DNA of 64,000 nt, taken from positions 201,151 through 265,150 of the forward strand of contig CAXXQE010000001.1 in the NCBI GenBank assembly GCA_963665615.2, given 5' to 3'. The notes beneath the pieces were generated by a model that made no database searches, was not told the origin of the DNA, and worked only from the letters and a program-made list of their open reading frames with translations. The stretch's first letter is position 1. Each line of letters opens with the position of its first letter. This DNA is from Syntrophales bacterium. GTDB taxonomy: Bacteria > Desulfobacterota > Syntrophia > Syntrophales > UBA4778. Shown here piece by piece: positions 37,546 to 46,595 of this stretch. The position numbers and the translations under genes were made by a program.

Positions 37546-37691
37546 AGGGTTGACAAAAGACTATTAGGCGACGGCTGTTTTTTCAATACCTAATTCGAAC
37601 ATGGGCAGCACCCTTCCCGCCCATGCCGGATACGGAATATCAGAGTCATGCACTCAAATGGGAGGGAAAGAATGGACTGCAAGCGCGTTCG

Positions 37692-38120
37692 CTACAGGTC
37701 GTAGATCTCGTCGCCCACGAGATTAATCCAGTTTTGCTGAAGAATCTCAGTCGCTCGTTCGACCCGATCGACGCCGATAATCAGGATGGTTTCTTTTCCG
37801 ATTCGATCGATCGTTGTATAGAAATAATGGATGTTGATGTCGCCGTCTCTCAGTGGTTTGACGATGGCATTCATGCCCATCGGATGCAAGGGTACCTCCA
37901 CCGCCAGAACGGGCCTGACTTCGTAGTTGTAGTGAAAGCTCTCCAGGATGGTGACGGCCTTCTGGGGATCGCTGACAATCAGGCGGACCATGCTGTCTTT
38001 GGCGACACTGGCGGCGGCAATGGCCTTTGGGGTGATGTCTTCCTTCTCCATCAGATCAACGAGCGCGGCCAGCGCGCCAGGAACGTTTTCTAGGGTGACA
38101 GAGATTTGCTGGACCGTCAT
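37692..38120 (-). CDS. ACT-domain protein
   Basis: ATG 38120 (MTVQQISVTLENVPGALAALVDLM) lies next to the stop codon of the upstream kor gamma gene (38122-38124). It has two ACT-like halves. Confidence 0.6.
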   Translation of the reverse strand: MTVQQISVTLENVPGALAALVDLMEKEDITPKAIAAASVAKDSMVRLIVSDPQKAVTILESFHYNYEVRPVLAVEVPLHPMGMNAIVKPLRDGDINIHYFYTTIDRIGKETILIIGVDRVERATEILQQNWINLVGDEIYDL

Positions 38121-38121
38121 A

Positions 38122-38679
38122 TTAATGCAACTCCTCCGGCAACGTTCCGAACAGTTCGAAGCCTGCCGCAAAGGCCCTCTTGTTGACGTCAATGATTGCC
38201 TTCTTTCGCTCCCCCATGATCCGTTTCAGACTCTTGATATAGGAATCGGGTTTCAGGATGCCTGTGACACCGAGAAAGGCGCCGAGCATAACGACGTTGA
38301 TCGTACGCTGATCTCCCATCCGTTCTGCGATTTCGCTGGCGGGAACCTCGATGACCTTGATGTCCTTACGGGTCAGGCGGTTTTCCACGATGGAGGAATT
38401 GATAAAGACCGTTCCGCTGGGTGCGACTTTGTTCTGAAAGCTATACAGAGATGGAGCGTTCAAGATCACCAGGTACTCCGGCGCGGAGGCGACAGGAGAA
38501 GCGATTTCCTCGTCGGAGATGGCGACCGTACAATTGGCCGTTCCGCCGCGAACCTCGGCACCGTAAGTAGGGTAATAGGTCGTGAAGTACCCTTCAATCA
38601 TGGCTGCGTTGGCAAGGCTGTAACCCATCATGAGAACGCCCTGACCGCCGAAACCCGCTAATATCGTCTTGATCAGCAT
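38122..38679 (-). CDS. 2-oxoacid:ferredoxin oxidoreductase gamma subunit
   Basis: 185 aa. The N-terminus reads ILAGFGGQGVLMMG. Confidence 0.85.
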   Translation of the reverse strand: MLIKTILAGFGGQGVLMMGYSLANAAMIEGYFTTYYPTYGAEVRGGTANCTVAISDEEIASPVASAPEYLVILNAPSLYSFQNKVAPSGTVFINSSIVENRLTRKDIKVIEVPASEIAERMGDQRTINVVMLGAFLGVTGILKPDSYIKSLKRIMGERKKAIIDVNKRAFAAGFELFGTLPEELH

Positions 38680-38683
38680 CTTT

Positions 38684-39424
38684 CTACTCGCTAATATCCT
38701 TGATCACGCCGAGAGGGAAGTATTTCGTCATGACCTCGTCAATCCACTGGCAGGAGTCAACAGGCGACATCTTCCAGTTGGTCGGGCACTGGGACAGGAT
38801 TTCAACCAGTGTAAAGCCGCGACCCTCAATCTGATACTGGAAGGCCTTTTTGATGGCCCGCTTTGTTTTTTGAATCAGGGCGGGCGTATGGACGGCGCAT
38901 CGCTCAATATAGGTGCTGCCTCCCAGTTGCGCGAGCAGTTCACTGATTCTGATGGGGTGTCCGTCGAGCTGCGGATTGCGTCCGGGGGGCGATGTGGTTG
39001 TCTTCTGAGTCAGCAGCGTGGTCGGCGCCATCTGGCCGCCAGTCATGCCGTAAACGGCATTATTAATAAAAATGGTCGTGAAGTTTTCCCCCCGGTTGGC
39101 CGCGTGAATGGTCTCCGCAGTTCCGATGGCCGCGAGGTCCCCGTCGCCCTGATAAGTGAAAACGATCCGGTCGGGAAGGACGCGCTTGACGCCGGTTGCC
39201 ACCGCGCAACCCCTGCCGTGCATGGCCTCAATCATATCGACGTCGAAGTAATTGTAGGCGAGAACGGCGCAGCCTGCGGGAGGGACCCCGATTGTTTTGC
39301 CGCGAATTCCCAACTCATCGATCACTTCGCAGACCAGGCGGTGTACAATGCTGTGCCCGCATCCTGAGCAGTAATGGAAGGGCGTGTCTTTGAGTGATTT
39401 GGGTCTGGCAAAAACCTGTTTCAT
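38684..39424 (-). CDS. 2-oxoacid:ferredoxin oxidoreductase beta subunit (TPP-binding)
   Basis: 246 aa. Motifs: CSGCGHSIV and GDGD..AIG...H.ANRGEN (TPP motif). Confidence 0.85.
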   Translation of the reverse strand: MKQVFARPKSLKDTPFHYCSGCGHSIVHRLVCEVIDELGIRGKTIGVPPAGCAVLAYNYFDVDMIEAMHGRGCAVATGVKRVLPDRIVFTYQGDGDLAAIGTAETIHAANRGENFTTIFINNAVYGMTGGQMAPTTLLTQKTTTSPPGRNPQLDGHPIRISELLAQLGGSTYIERCAVHTPALIQKTKRAIKKAFQYQIEGRGFTLVEILSQCPTNWKMSPVDSCQWIDEVMTKYFPLGVIKDISE

Positions 39425-40482
39425 TATTCTTTCGCTGATCCTGTTTTAAGCTGCTGCAAGATAATCCTGGAGAACTCCGCCGGCGTGGGAATGACCCCGC
39501 CGGGTCTGCCGTAGAAATCGACCTTGGCCCGGTTGCCGATGGCCAGTCGGACGTCTTCGAGCATCTGTCCGGTGCTCATTTCGAAAACGATAAATTTGGA
39601 AACGGTTTCGGCGAATTTCTGCAGGACGGCCGCCGGGAAAGGCCAGAGGGTGATCGGCCTGATAAGTCCCACCCGGATCCCCGTCTCCCTGAGGCGTTTG
39701 ATAGCACCCTTGGCAATACGCGCGGTGGTGCCGTACGCCACTACCAGAAGCTCCGCATCGTCGGCCATGAAAGTATCCCAGCGCACTTCCTGTTTTTCAA
39801 TCACACCATATTTACGGTAGAGCTTCCAGTTATGCTCTTCTTCGTGAAGGGGGTCGAGAATGAGGCCTCTGACAAAGCGGCTTTTGCCTTCTCCACACCC
39901 ATCGAGAACATGCTGCTCAGGATAGTTTCGAGGACTCGGTTTTTTGAAAATAACCGGTTCCATCATCTGGCCCATCATGCCGTCGGCAAGGATCATGACC
40001 GGGGTTCTATAGGTGTCAGCCAGATCGAAGGCGTCCATGGTGAGGTCGGCCAGTTCCTGAACGGAGGCCGGCGCCAGTACGATCACCTTGTAGTCGCCGT
40101 GGCCGCCGCCCTTGGTGGCCTGGAAATAGTCGCCCTGAGATGGAGAGATGTTGCCGAGGCCCGGGCTGCCGCGCATGATATTGACGATGACCGAGGGGAG
40201 TTCATCCGCCGCCAGCGCGGAGATCCCTTCCTGCTTCAGGGAGATGCCCGGACTGGACGAGGACGTCATGGCGCGGGCCCCCGCAACGCTGGCCCCCATG
40301 ACCATGTTGATGGAAGCGATTTCGCTTTCGCCCTGGATGAAAACACCGCCATCCACTGCGCGCATGTGCTCGGCCATGTATTCGGTGATTTCGTTCTGAG
40401 GGGTGATCGGATAGCCCGCATAGAACCGGCAGCCTGCTCTGATGGCCGCTTCTGCGATGACTTTGTTGCCTTGCATGAGCAT
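39424..40482 (-). CDS. 2-oxoacid:ferredoxin oxidoreductase alpha subunit
   Basis: The sequence is MLMQGNKVIAEAAIRAGCRFYAGYPITPQNEI... ORF 39424..40506 has alternative TTG/GTG starts that would overlap the delta gene. Confidence 0.85.
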   Translation of the reverse strand: MLMQGNKVIAEAAIRAGCRFYAGYPITPQNEITEYMAEHMRAVDGGVFIQGESEIASINMVMGASVAGARAMTSSSSPGISLKQEGISALAADELPSVIVNIMRGSPGLGNISPSQGDYFQATKGGGHGDYKVIVLAPASVQELADLTMDAFDLADTYRTPVMILADGMMGQMMEPVIFKKPSPRNYPEQHVLDGCGEGKSRFVRGLILDPLHEEEHNWKLYRKYGVIEKQEVRWDTFMADDAELLVVAYGTTARIAKGAIKRLRETGIRVGLIRPITLWPFPAAVLQKFAETVSKFIVFEMSTGQMLEDVRLAIGNRAKVDFYGRPGGVIPTPAEFSRIILQQLKTGSAKE

Positions 40483-40486
40483 CTTT

Positions 40487-40708
40487 TCAGTCACGGTACA
40501 CCTCAATGGCGACTTCCGGACAGATCAAGGCGCAAAGCGCGCACCCGGTGCACTCCCCCTTATCGTTGAAACAGGCAGGATGATAGCCTTTGGAATTGTA
40601 TTCTTTGGAGCTTTCGATCGAGGCTTTGGGGCAGACATGAAGACACAGTCCGCAGTCTTTACAAATTTCCCCGTTTATTTTGATATAACCCTTCAACGGC
40701 AACTCCAT
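40487..40708 (-). CDS. 2-oxoacid:ferredoxin oxidoreductase delta subunit (2x[4Fe-4S] ferredoxin)
   Basis: 73 aa. Cluster motifs: CKDCGLCLHVCP and CTGCALCALICP. The gene order delta-alpha-beta-gamma resembles Kor-type enzymes. Confidence 0.85.
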   Translation of the reverse strand: MELPLKGYIKINGEICKDCGLCLHVCPKASIESSKEYNSKGYHPACFNDKGECTGCALCALICPEVAIEVYRD

Positions 40709-41139
40709 GATTAGCGTTACTGGAGCTCTTATACAAATAGGATGGGAATGTCAATGAGAGATTATTCTGTGAGAGGGGATATTTTTGGTTAACCTATCCA
40801 TATGTTCGGGCAAGCGTTCGCCTTTATAACGGTCTCATAATAATGTTCTCACTAGGGGCAACATCGCGGCCTCAGAAAGTCTGATCCGACTTTCACTTCT
40901 GATGGCCCCGTAAAACGCCTACCATAAAACAAGAGGATTGCTGGACGGGTCTCGAACGCGAATTAAAGATTTTTCCGGCCCGACAGGATTGGTCGTCCGG
41001 CCCGGAACATGATGGAAAAAGATTTCTGAGCGGCAGAGAGCCATCCAGCAATCCTCATTCCCTTTGACTCATTATGGAACCAGCCTTTCGTTGCTGCACA
41101 GAACGACAAATGTGAAAACACTTATGAGACCGTTAATAT

Positions 41140-41257
41140 GAATTCTTGAGTGAGCGTATTCCCCGCGGTTTGCTGCGGGGTAAACGAGCGAGTCAAAACT
41201 GAACATCTTCCTTGGGAATCGGAGATTTGCCGGAGTTCGCTCCGGTGAGTCTTCAAT
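41140..41257 (+). repeat. 118-bp dispersed repeat, copy C
   Basis: Blocks: GAATTCTTGAGTGAGCGTA, hairpin CCCCGC-N8-GCGGGG, TAAACGAGCG, GGGAATCGGAGATT, hairpin CCGGAG-TTCG-CTCCGG and GAGTCTTCAAT. It ends 20 nt before ATG 41278. Confidence 0.9.
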
Positions 41258-41277
41258 TGACAAGGAGATTGTCCTGA

Positions 41278-42369
41278 ATGAGAATAAATTCAAACATTCC
41301 TGAACGGCATACCGTAATGATCGACGCACAATTGGTCAACGATCCCTTTGGCGATCCTGCCGTCTATGTGTCGTTTCGGCACAGGAGAGGGACTATTCTC
41401 TTTGATCTTGGAGAGATCGAGGTACTCTCTCCCCGTCAGATCCTGAAGCTCGATCATATTTTCGTTTCGCACACCCACATGGATCACTTCATTGGTTTTG
41501 ACCGTTTGTTGCGGATCTGCCTGGGACGCGACAAACACCTGCGTCTGTATGGTCCGTCGGGGTTCATTCGGAGCCTGGAAAACAAGATCAACGCCTATAG
41601 CTGGAACCTGGTCGAGAATTACACCAGCGATTTTGTGATTCATGCAACCGAGATCGATGACCAGGGGAACGCTGAAATCCGCCGATATCGTTGCCAGAAG
41701 GCGTTTCGGCGAGAAGGCGATGTGCCGGTGCCGGTGAGCCATGGCGTGATGGATACGTTGGGACTTTACGCGGATGATTTTCTTTCAGTGAGTTGCGTTT
41801 TTCTGGACCACATGATTCCCTGTCTGGCATTCCGGTTGGAGGAACGGTGTCATGTGAACATCATGAGCAACAAGTTGGAAGAGATGGGGCTTCCGGTTGG
41901 ACCGTGGCTGACGGAACTGAAAGAAAGGATTTTGTGCGGGGATCCCGGTGAGACGCTGGTACCCGTCTGGTGGCGCGAGGCCGGTCAGAGAGTGGATGCC
42001 GGCACCGTGCCATTGAAGCGGCTCATGGAGCGGGCCGTCCGAATTACGCGCGGCGAGACGCTCGCCTATGTTACGGATGCGATCTATCATCCGGACAATA
42101 TCGATCGCATCCTCGCTATCGCCCGGGACGTGGACCACCTCTTCATCGAGGGTAGTTTTTTTGAGGCCGAATCTCAAAGGGCCAAAGAGAAGTATCATCT
42201 GACGGCGGCTCAGGCGGGCAGCCTGGCGCGGCAGGCAGGCGTCAAGTGCATGACACTGTTTCACTTTTCTCCGAAACATCACGGCCAAGGGGAAAAATTG
42301 ATACAGGAGGCCCTGGCCGCGTTCAAAGGTCACGGCGGTGTTAGCCGCTTTAGTCGATCCTCTCTATAG
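41278..42369 (+). CDS. Metallo-beta-lactamase-fold hydrolase (RNase Z-like)
   Basis: 363 aa with the HxHxDH motif (VSHTHMDHFIG). An alternative start is at 41317. Confidence 0.75.
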   Translation: MRINSNIPERHTVMIDAQLVNDPFGDPAVYVSFRHRRGTILFDLGEIEVLSPRQILKLDHIFVSHTHMDHFIGFDRLLRICLGRDKHLRLYGPSGFIRSLENKINAYSWNLVENYTSDFVIHATEIDDQGNAEIRRYRCQKAFRREGDVPVPVSHGVMDTLGLYADDFLSVSCVFLDHMIPCLAFRLEERCHVNIMSNKLEEMGLPVGPWLTELKERILCGDPGETLVPVWWREAGQRVDAGTVPLKRLMERAVRITRGETLAYVTDAIYHPDNIDRILAIARDVDHLFIEGSFFEAESQRAKEKYHLTAAQAGSLARQAGVKCMTLFHFSPKHHGQGEKLIQEALAAFKGHGGVSRFSRSSL

Positions 42370-42853
42370 CGAACCCTTCCAGTTCGATGGCGACCGACCG
42401 CTGCAACAGGTCGATCGAGACCACGAAGGTGTCCTTTTTAAGATCCATTTTGAGCACCGTGCCTTCGATGCCTCTGAAGGGGCCGTCCTTGATGCGGGCT
42501 TTTTCCCCGACCTGGGGATAGGCAATCTGTTGCAATTCCACTTTGGATTCCACAAGGCGGCGAATCGCCTCGATCTGGGCATCGGGTACGGCGATGGGCT
42601 CGCCTCCGACGGGTTTACCCAGGATTCGTACAACGCCCGGCGTTGTCAGCACGCTCAGCCGTGTCTGACTGTCGGGTTTGAATTCGACAAAGAGATAGCC
42701 GGAAAAGACGGGGACCAAAATCCTCTTCTTCCGGTCCTTTCGTTTGCTCCATACTTCCATCTTCGGGAGGAACGCATTGAAAGACTTCTGAAGCAGCCCC
42801 TTGTATACGATATCTTCATGGCGGCTTTTCGTGTGAACTGCAAACCAGGGCAT
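42350..42853 (-). CDS. NusG-family paralog (RfaH/UpxY/LoaP-like specialised antiterminator)
   Basis: Start at MPWFAVHTKSRHE (NGN domain). The C-terminal KOW is GEKARIKDGPFRGIEGTV. 167 aa. Its 3' end overlaps the convergent MBL gene by 20 nt. Confidence 0.75.
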   Translation of the reverse strand: MPWFAVHTKSRHEDIVYKGLLQKSFNAFLPKMEVWSKRKDRKKRILVPVFSGYLFVEFKPDSQTRLSVLTTPGVVRILGKPVGGEPIAVPDAQIEAIRRLVESKVELQQIAYPQVGEKARIKDGPFRGIEGTVLKMDLKKDTFVVSIDLLQRSVAIELEGFAIERID

Positions 42854-42962
42854 GATACACCTTTCCAGAAAAAAGTTACCTGCTTGATACTTGCAATGCG
42901 GTCTTCTTGCAACATTTTTCTGCGCCGGGGCCGAAGCTGGTATATAATGCCGGCCAATGCCT

Positions 42963-43080
42963 GAATTCTTCAGCGAGCGCATGGCTCGCGGTGTGCCGCG
43001 GGGTAAGCGAGCGCCTCAGGACGAAACATTTTCTTTGGGAATCGGAGATTCCCCGGAGCTTGCGCCGGGAACTATTCAAT
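42963..43080 (+). repeat. 118-bp dispersed repeat, copy D
   Basis: Blocks: GAATTCTTCAGCGAGCGCA, GC hairpin, TAAGCGAGCG, GGGAATCGGAGATT and CCGGAGCTTGCGCCGG. It ends 15 nt before ATG 43096. Confidence 0.9.
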
Positions 43081-43095
43081 GAACGGAAGGGACGT

Positions 43096-44694
43096 ATGAT
43101 ACGGATTCACAATGTCCGGTTGGCGATCGGTGAGGCTGAGGCAGATCTGCCTGGACTTGTTGGCAGTCTTTTGGGGGTCAGCGTCGATGCGATTGAATCT
43201 TTTCGGGTGGTTCGAAGGTCGCTCGACGCCCGCCGGGAACGTCCGCCGGAGTTCAATTATATCGTCGAAATGTCATTTCATGACGAGCCGAGAGTCCTCA
43301 GCCAGGCGCCCCCATCCGTCAAGTACGCCGTGGTCGAGACAACTCAGCCGTCCGCGTCTTTCGCGAACCGCGCCACGAACAATCTTGCCAGGCGGCCGGT
43401 CGTCGTGGGTTGCGGACCCGCCGGACTCTTCGCGGCGCTGACCCTTGCGACGCAAGGCGTTGCGCCGATCCTGCTGGAACGAGGCCGCATCGTCGAAGAT
43501 CGTGTGAGAGATATTCGCACCTTCTGGGAAGCGGGTGTCCTCGATCCGGAGAGCAACGTGCAATTCGGCGAGGGCGGCGCCGGGACGTTTTCGGACGGCA
43601 AATTGACCACACGGACCAAGAGTGACAAGGTCGATCGGATCAAACGCACACTGGTCGAATTGGGCGCACCGGCCGAGATTCTCGTGGAGGCAAAACCGCA
43701 TATCGGTTCAGACCGGCTTCGTCCGGTTCTGATCCGACTACGCGAAAGACTGCTGGCCTTGGGATGTGAGGTGGCCTTTCAATCCAGAGTGACGGACATT
43801 CTTACAGACAAGGGATGCATCGTCGGTGTTGTGGTCAATGATCGGGACGAGATCAGGACGGATCATCTCATTTGGGCCGCAGGTCAGAGCGATGCGGCCA
43901 ATTACGAGTTGCTGGTCCGAAGGGGCATTGCTCTGGTCGCAAAGGCCTTTGCCATGGGGGTTCGGATCGAGCATCCTCAGGCGTTGATCAACCGCATGCA
44001 GTATGGCAAGTGGTGGCAGGAGGCATCGCTTCCTCCCGCGGAATACAGCCTGACGGCAATGGTAGAGGAAATGGATCGTTCGGTTTATACCTTCTGCATG
44101 TGTCCGGGCGGCTATGTGATCGGGAGCAGTTCAGAAGCGGGCGGCATTGTCACCAACGGGATGAGCGACGGGCAGCGGGATGGGGCGTATGCCAACAGCG
44201 CTGTGGTCGTGACCGTTCGTCCGGAAGACTTCCCTGTTGCGCATTCCCTGGCTGGCCTTGAATTTCGGAGAGCATGGGAGGCGCGCGCCTTTGCCGCAGC
44301 AGGCGGCGGGTATCTCGCCCCAGCCCAGAACCTCGTGGATTTCCTGGCCGCGAAGGTGTCGCGCGCGTTGCGGCCCACGACGTTTCGTCCCGGCGTGACG
44401 CCGGCGCGGCTGGATGAAGTCCTGCCGGACTTTGTCGCCCGCGCGCTCCGTTGCGGATTTGATGGGTTTGAGAAGAAGATGCCGGGTTTTATCACTAGCG
44501 ACGCAGTCCTGATCGGCATCGAAACGCGCACGTCTTCACCGGTCAGAATTCTTCGGGAGGAAAACGGGTGCAGCACGAGTGTTGCGGGATTTTATCCCTG
44601 CGGCGAAGGCAGCGGCTATGCGGGGGGAATTATCAGTTCGGCAGTGGACGGGATCAAGGCGGCGGAAAGCATCCTGAAAAGTTCGGGGTCGTGA
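43096..44694 (+). CDS. FAD-dependent protein of the COG2509 type (uncharacterised FAD-dependent dehydrogenase)
   Basis: Start at MIRIHNVRLA after GGAAGGGA. Motifs: VVVGCGPAGLFAAL and GEGGAGTFSDGKL. The upstream part of ORF 42907.. runs through the repeat and is not coding. Confidence 0.75.
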   Translation: MIRIHNVRLAIGEAEADLPGLVGSLLGVSVDAIESFRVVRRSLDARRERPPEFNYIVEMSFHDEPRVLSQAPPSVKYAVVETTQPSASFANRATNNLARRPVVVGCGPAGLFAALTLATQGVAPILLERGRIVEDRVRDIRTFWEAGVLDPESNVQFGEGGAGTFSDGKLTTRTKSDKVDRIKRTLVELGAPAEILVEAKPHIGSDRLRPVLIRLRERLLALGCEVAFQSRVTDILTDKGCIVGVVVNDRDEIRTDHLIWAAGQSDAANYELLVRRGIALVAKAFAMGVRIEHPQALINRMQYGKWWQEASLPPAEYSLTAMVEEMDRSVYTFCMCPGGYVIGSSSEAGGIVTNGMSDGQRDGAYANSAVVVTVRPEDFPVAHSLAGLEFRRAWEARAFAAAGGGYLAPAQNLVDFLAAKVSRALRPTTFRPGVTPARLDEVLPDFVARALRCGFDGFEKKMPGFITSDAVLIGIETRTSSPVRILREENGCSTSVAGFYPCGEGSGYAGGIISSAVDGIKAAESILKSSGS

Positions 44695-44702
44695 GCTGAA
44701 GA

Positions 44703-44869
44703 GTGACAAGTTACAACTGATGAACTCGTAAAAGGTCGAGTAACTCGTCATTGCGAGGAACGTAGTGACGAAGCAATCTCATAATGTCAGCTGGTTAGAT
44801 TGCTTCGCTTCGCTCGCAATGACCCGGAAACATACTTTTTACGAGACCATCACAAGTGACGGGTGACAA
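44703..44869. repeat. Composite element: heptads flanking a ~120-bp imperfect palindrome (CGCAATGAC element)
   Basis: Heptads GTGACAA GTTACAA (44703-44716) and GTGACGG GTGACAA (44856-44869). Palindrome arms: CTCGTAAAAG / CTTTTTACGAG, GTCATTGCGAG / CTCGCAATGAC and GAAGCAATCT / AGATTGCTTC (44725-44845). It lies between convergent genes. Confidence 0.8.
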
Positions 44870-44944
44870 GCCCAAAGGAGGGTTGAAAACAGAATAAGCT
44901 GGCCCCCACAGAAGTGAAGAAATTCTTTCTCGTCACTTCCGTCT

Positions 44945-46078
44945 TCACTGGCCTTGCCGATGAAGACGTGCGTCCACCACGATATCGTCGCCGCTGCGGA
45001 AGACCTTGCGGCAGTCGAGCCGGATGGCATCTTTGATCTGCGAGATGCCGAGATCCCCCACGCTGTCGATTCCCGCGCCGATGAGCCGGGGGGCGGTGAT
45101 GGCGAGCAGCCGGTCTGCCAAACTTTGTCTGAGGAAGTGGGTTGCTGTTTCTGCGCCTCCTTCGACGAGCAGAGAGGAGATCCCTTTTCCCCCAAGCATT
45201 TTCAAGAGTTCCGGCAGGTCCAACTTTCCCCACGGATCCATGTTCAGAAACAGCAGGCCAATTCCTAGCTTTTCAAGCTGGGCTGCCTTGCGTCCAGTTT
45301 TTGGCCTGTATCTCGTCACGATCAGGGTCCGTGCCTTGTTCTGCTCTTGGAGAATCATGCTGTCCAGCGGGATGCGAAGATTCGGGTCCAGGGCGATTCT
45401 GACCGGATTTCTTCCCCGCACCCGTCGCACCGTCAATTCCGGATCATCTGCCAGAACGGTTCCGATGCCCACCAGGATGGCATCGTGAAGCGCCCGCTCC
45501 CGGTGAGCCAGTTTGAGCGACGGCTCCGAACTGATCCACTTGGAATCTCCGCTTGCGGTGGCCGTCCGTCCGTCGAGGCTTTGGGCGAACTTGATCGTGA
45601 CGAAGGGCGTTGCGGTTTGCATGAACTTGAAGAACTTTTCGTTCAACGCCCGGCAGGCCGTCTCCAGAACGCCGATGCGTGTGCGGATCCCCGCCGCTTT
45701 CAGTATGGCGATGCTCCGCCCCGCGACTAGCGGATTGGGGTCCAGGGTACCAATGATAACCGCTGCCGGTTTGGCTGCCAGGATGCTGTCGATGCACGGT
45801 GGCGTCTTTCCGTGATGAGTGCAGGGTTCCAAGGTCACGTAGATGGAGGAACCTTTAATAGGCACCGTTGTGCTTCGGATGGCGTTGACTTCCGCATGAG
45901 GACCGCCGAACTTATGGTGATAACCCTCACCGATGATAGTGCCATTTTTAACGATAACGGCCCCGACCATAGGGTTGGGGCTGGTCCAGAGCGCTCCCCG
46001 CCGGGCCAGCATCAGGGCGCGACGCATGTAAAATTCATCGATGCTGTTCTGATTCGCTGTTGAGGGTGGCATCGCCAT
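44945..46078 (-). CDS. ribD: Bifunctional riboflavin biosynthesis deaminase/reductase RibD
   Basis: 377 aa. Deaminase motifs HAEVNAI and LEPCTHHGKTPPC. The C-terminus is a RibD reductase domain. Confidence 0.9.
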   Translation of the reverse strand: MAMPPSTANQNSIDEFYMRRALMLARRGALWTSPNPMVGAVIVKNGTIIGEGYHHKFGGPHAEVNAIRSTTVPIKGSSIYVTLEPCTHHGKTPPCIDSILAAKPAAVIIGTLDPNPLVAGRSIAILKAAGIRTRIGVLETACRALNEKFFKFMQTATPFVTIKFAQSLDGRTATASGDSKWISSEPSLKLAHRERALHDAILVGIGTVLADDPELTVRRVRGRNPVRIALDPNLRIPLDSMILQEQNKARTLIVTRYRPKTGRKAAQLEKLGIGLLFLNMDPWGKLDLPELLKMLGGKGISSLLVEGGAETATHFLRQSLADRLLAITAPRLIGAGIDSVGDLGISQIKDAIRLDCRKVFRSGDDIVVDARLHRQGQ

Positions 46079-46198
46079 GCTCCGAAAATAAAAAAGTTTG
46101 CAGCCTGAACCGGTCAGAGTCCATGACTACATGAAACCCCGTTCGTTTTCAATATGTTTTGTGTCTTTCCCTTTGGGCGATGAGTGGGGGAACCCCCT

Positions 46199-46309
46199 GA
46201 ATCCGGTAGCGCTCGCATTTCCCGCGGCCTGCTGCGGAGTAAGTGAGTGAATCATGTTTAAACATCAGGGATCGGTGACTTGCCGGGGCTTGCTCTTCCG
46301 AGTCTTCAA
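46199..46309 (+). repeat. 118-bp-family dispersed repeat, copy F (diverged, ~111 bp)
   Basis: Blocks: GAATCCGGTAGCGCTCGCA, hairpin CCGC-N8-GCGG, TAAGTGAGTG and ..GAGTCTTCAA. It lies ~285 bp upstream of the first pilin gene. Confidence 0.7.
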
Positions 46310-46595
46310 CATTTTTCTATTTACAGGCGAGGGGAATGTGATATATAGCCTGACACGTTATTCAACACGGATGCTCTTTTTTCTGCGCGACTTCACTTCA
46401 AGCAAGATCTTTCATTTTTTTCTGTTTGTCTTTTTTTACCTTTTCGGCTGCCTGAACAGATAGCCGCTCACGCTTATCAACACAACACTATAACTCATTG
46501 TACCTCTACAAAACGGTGAACTGCTCGTAGCGGCAGATGTGTTTATATTGTTTTGAATTCAGAACGAATGAACTTCCACAAGGGGCGAGGTCGTT

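Noticed and set aside
42907-43095. Upstream extension of the COG2509 flavoprotein ORF (start at 42907).
   Set aside because: The extension runs through 118-bp repeat copy D, and the same peptide-like translation appears wherever the repeat occurs. The ATG at 43096 has an RBS and gives the family-typical N-terminus MIRIHNV.
46079-46198. Expected FMN (RFN) riboswitch upstream of ribD.
   Set aside because: Only ~120 bp are available before repeat copy F, and I could not find the conserved RFN core segments on the ribD strand.
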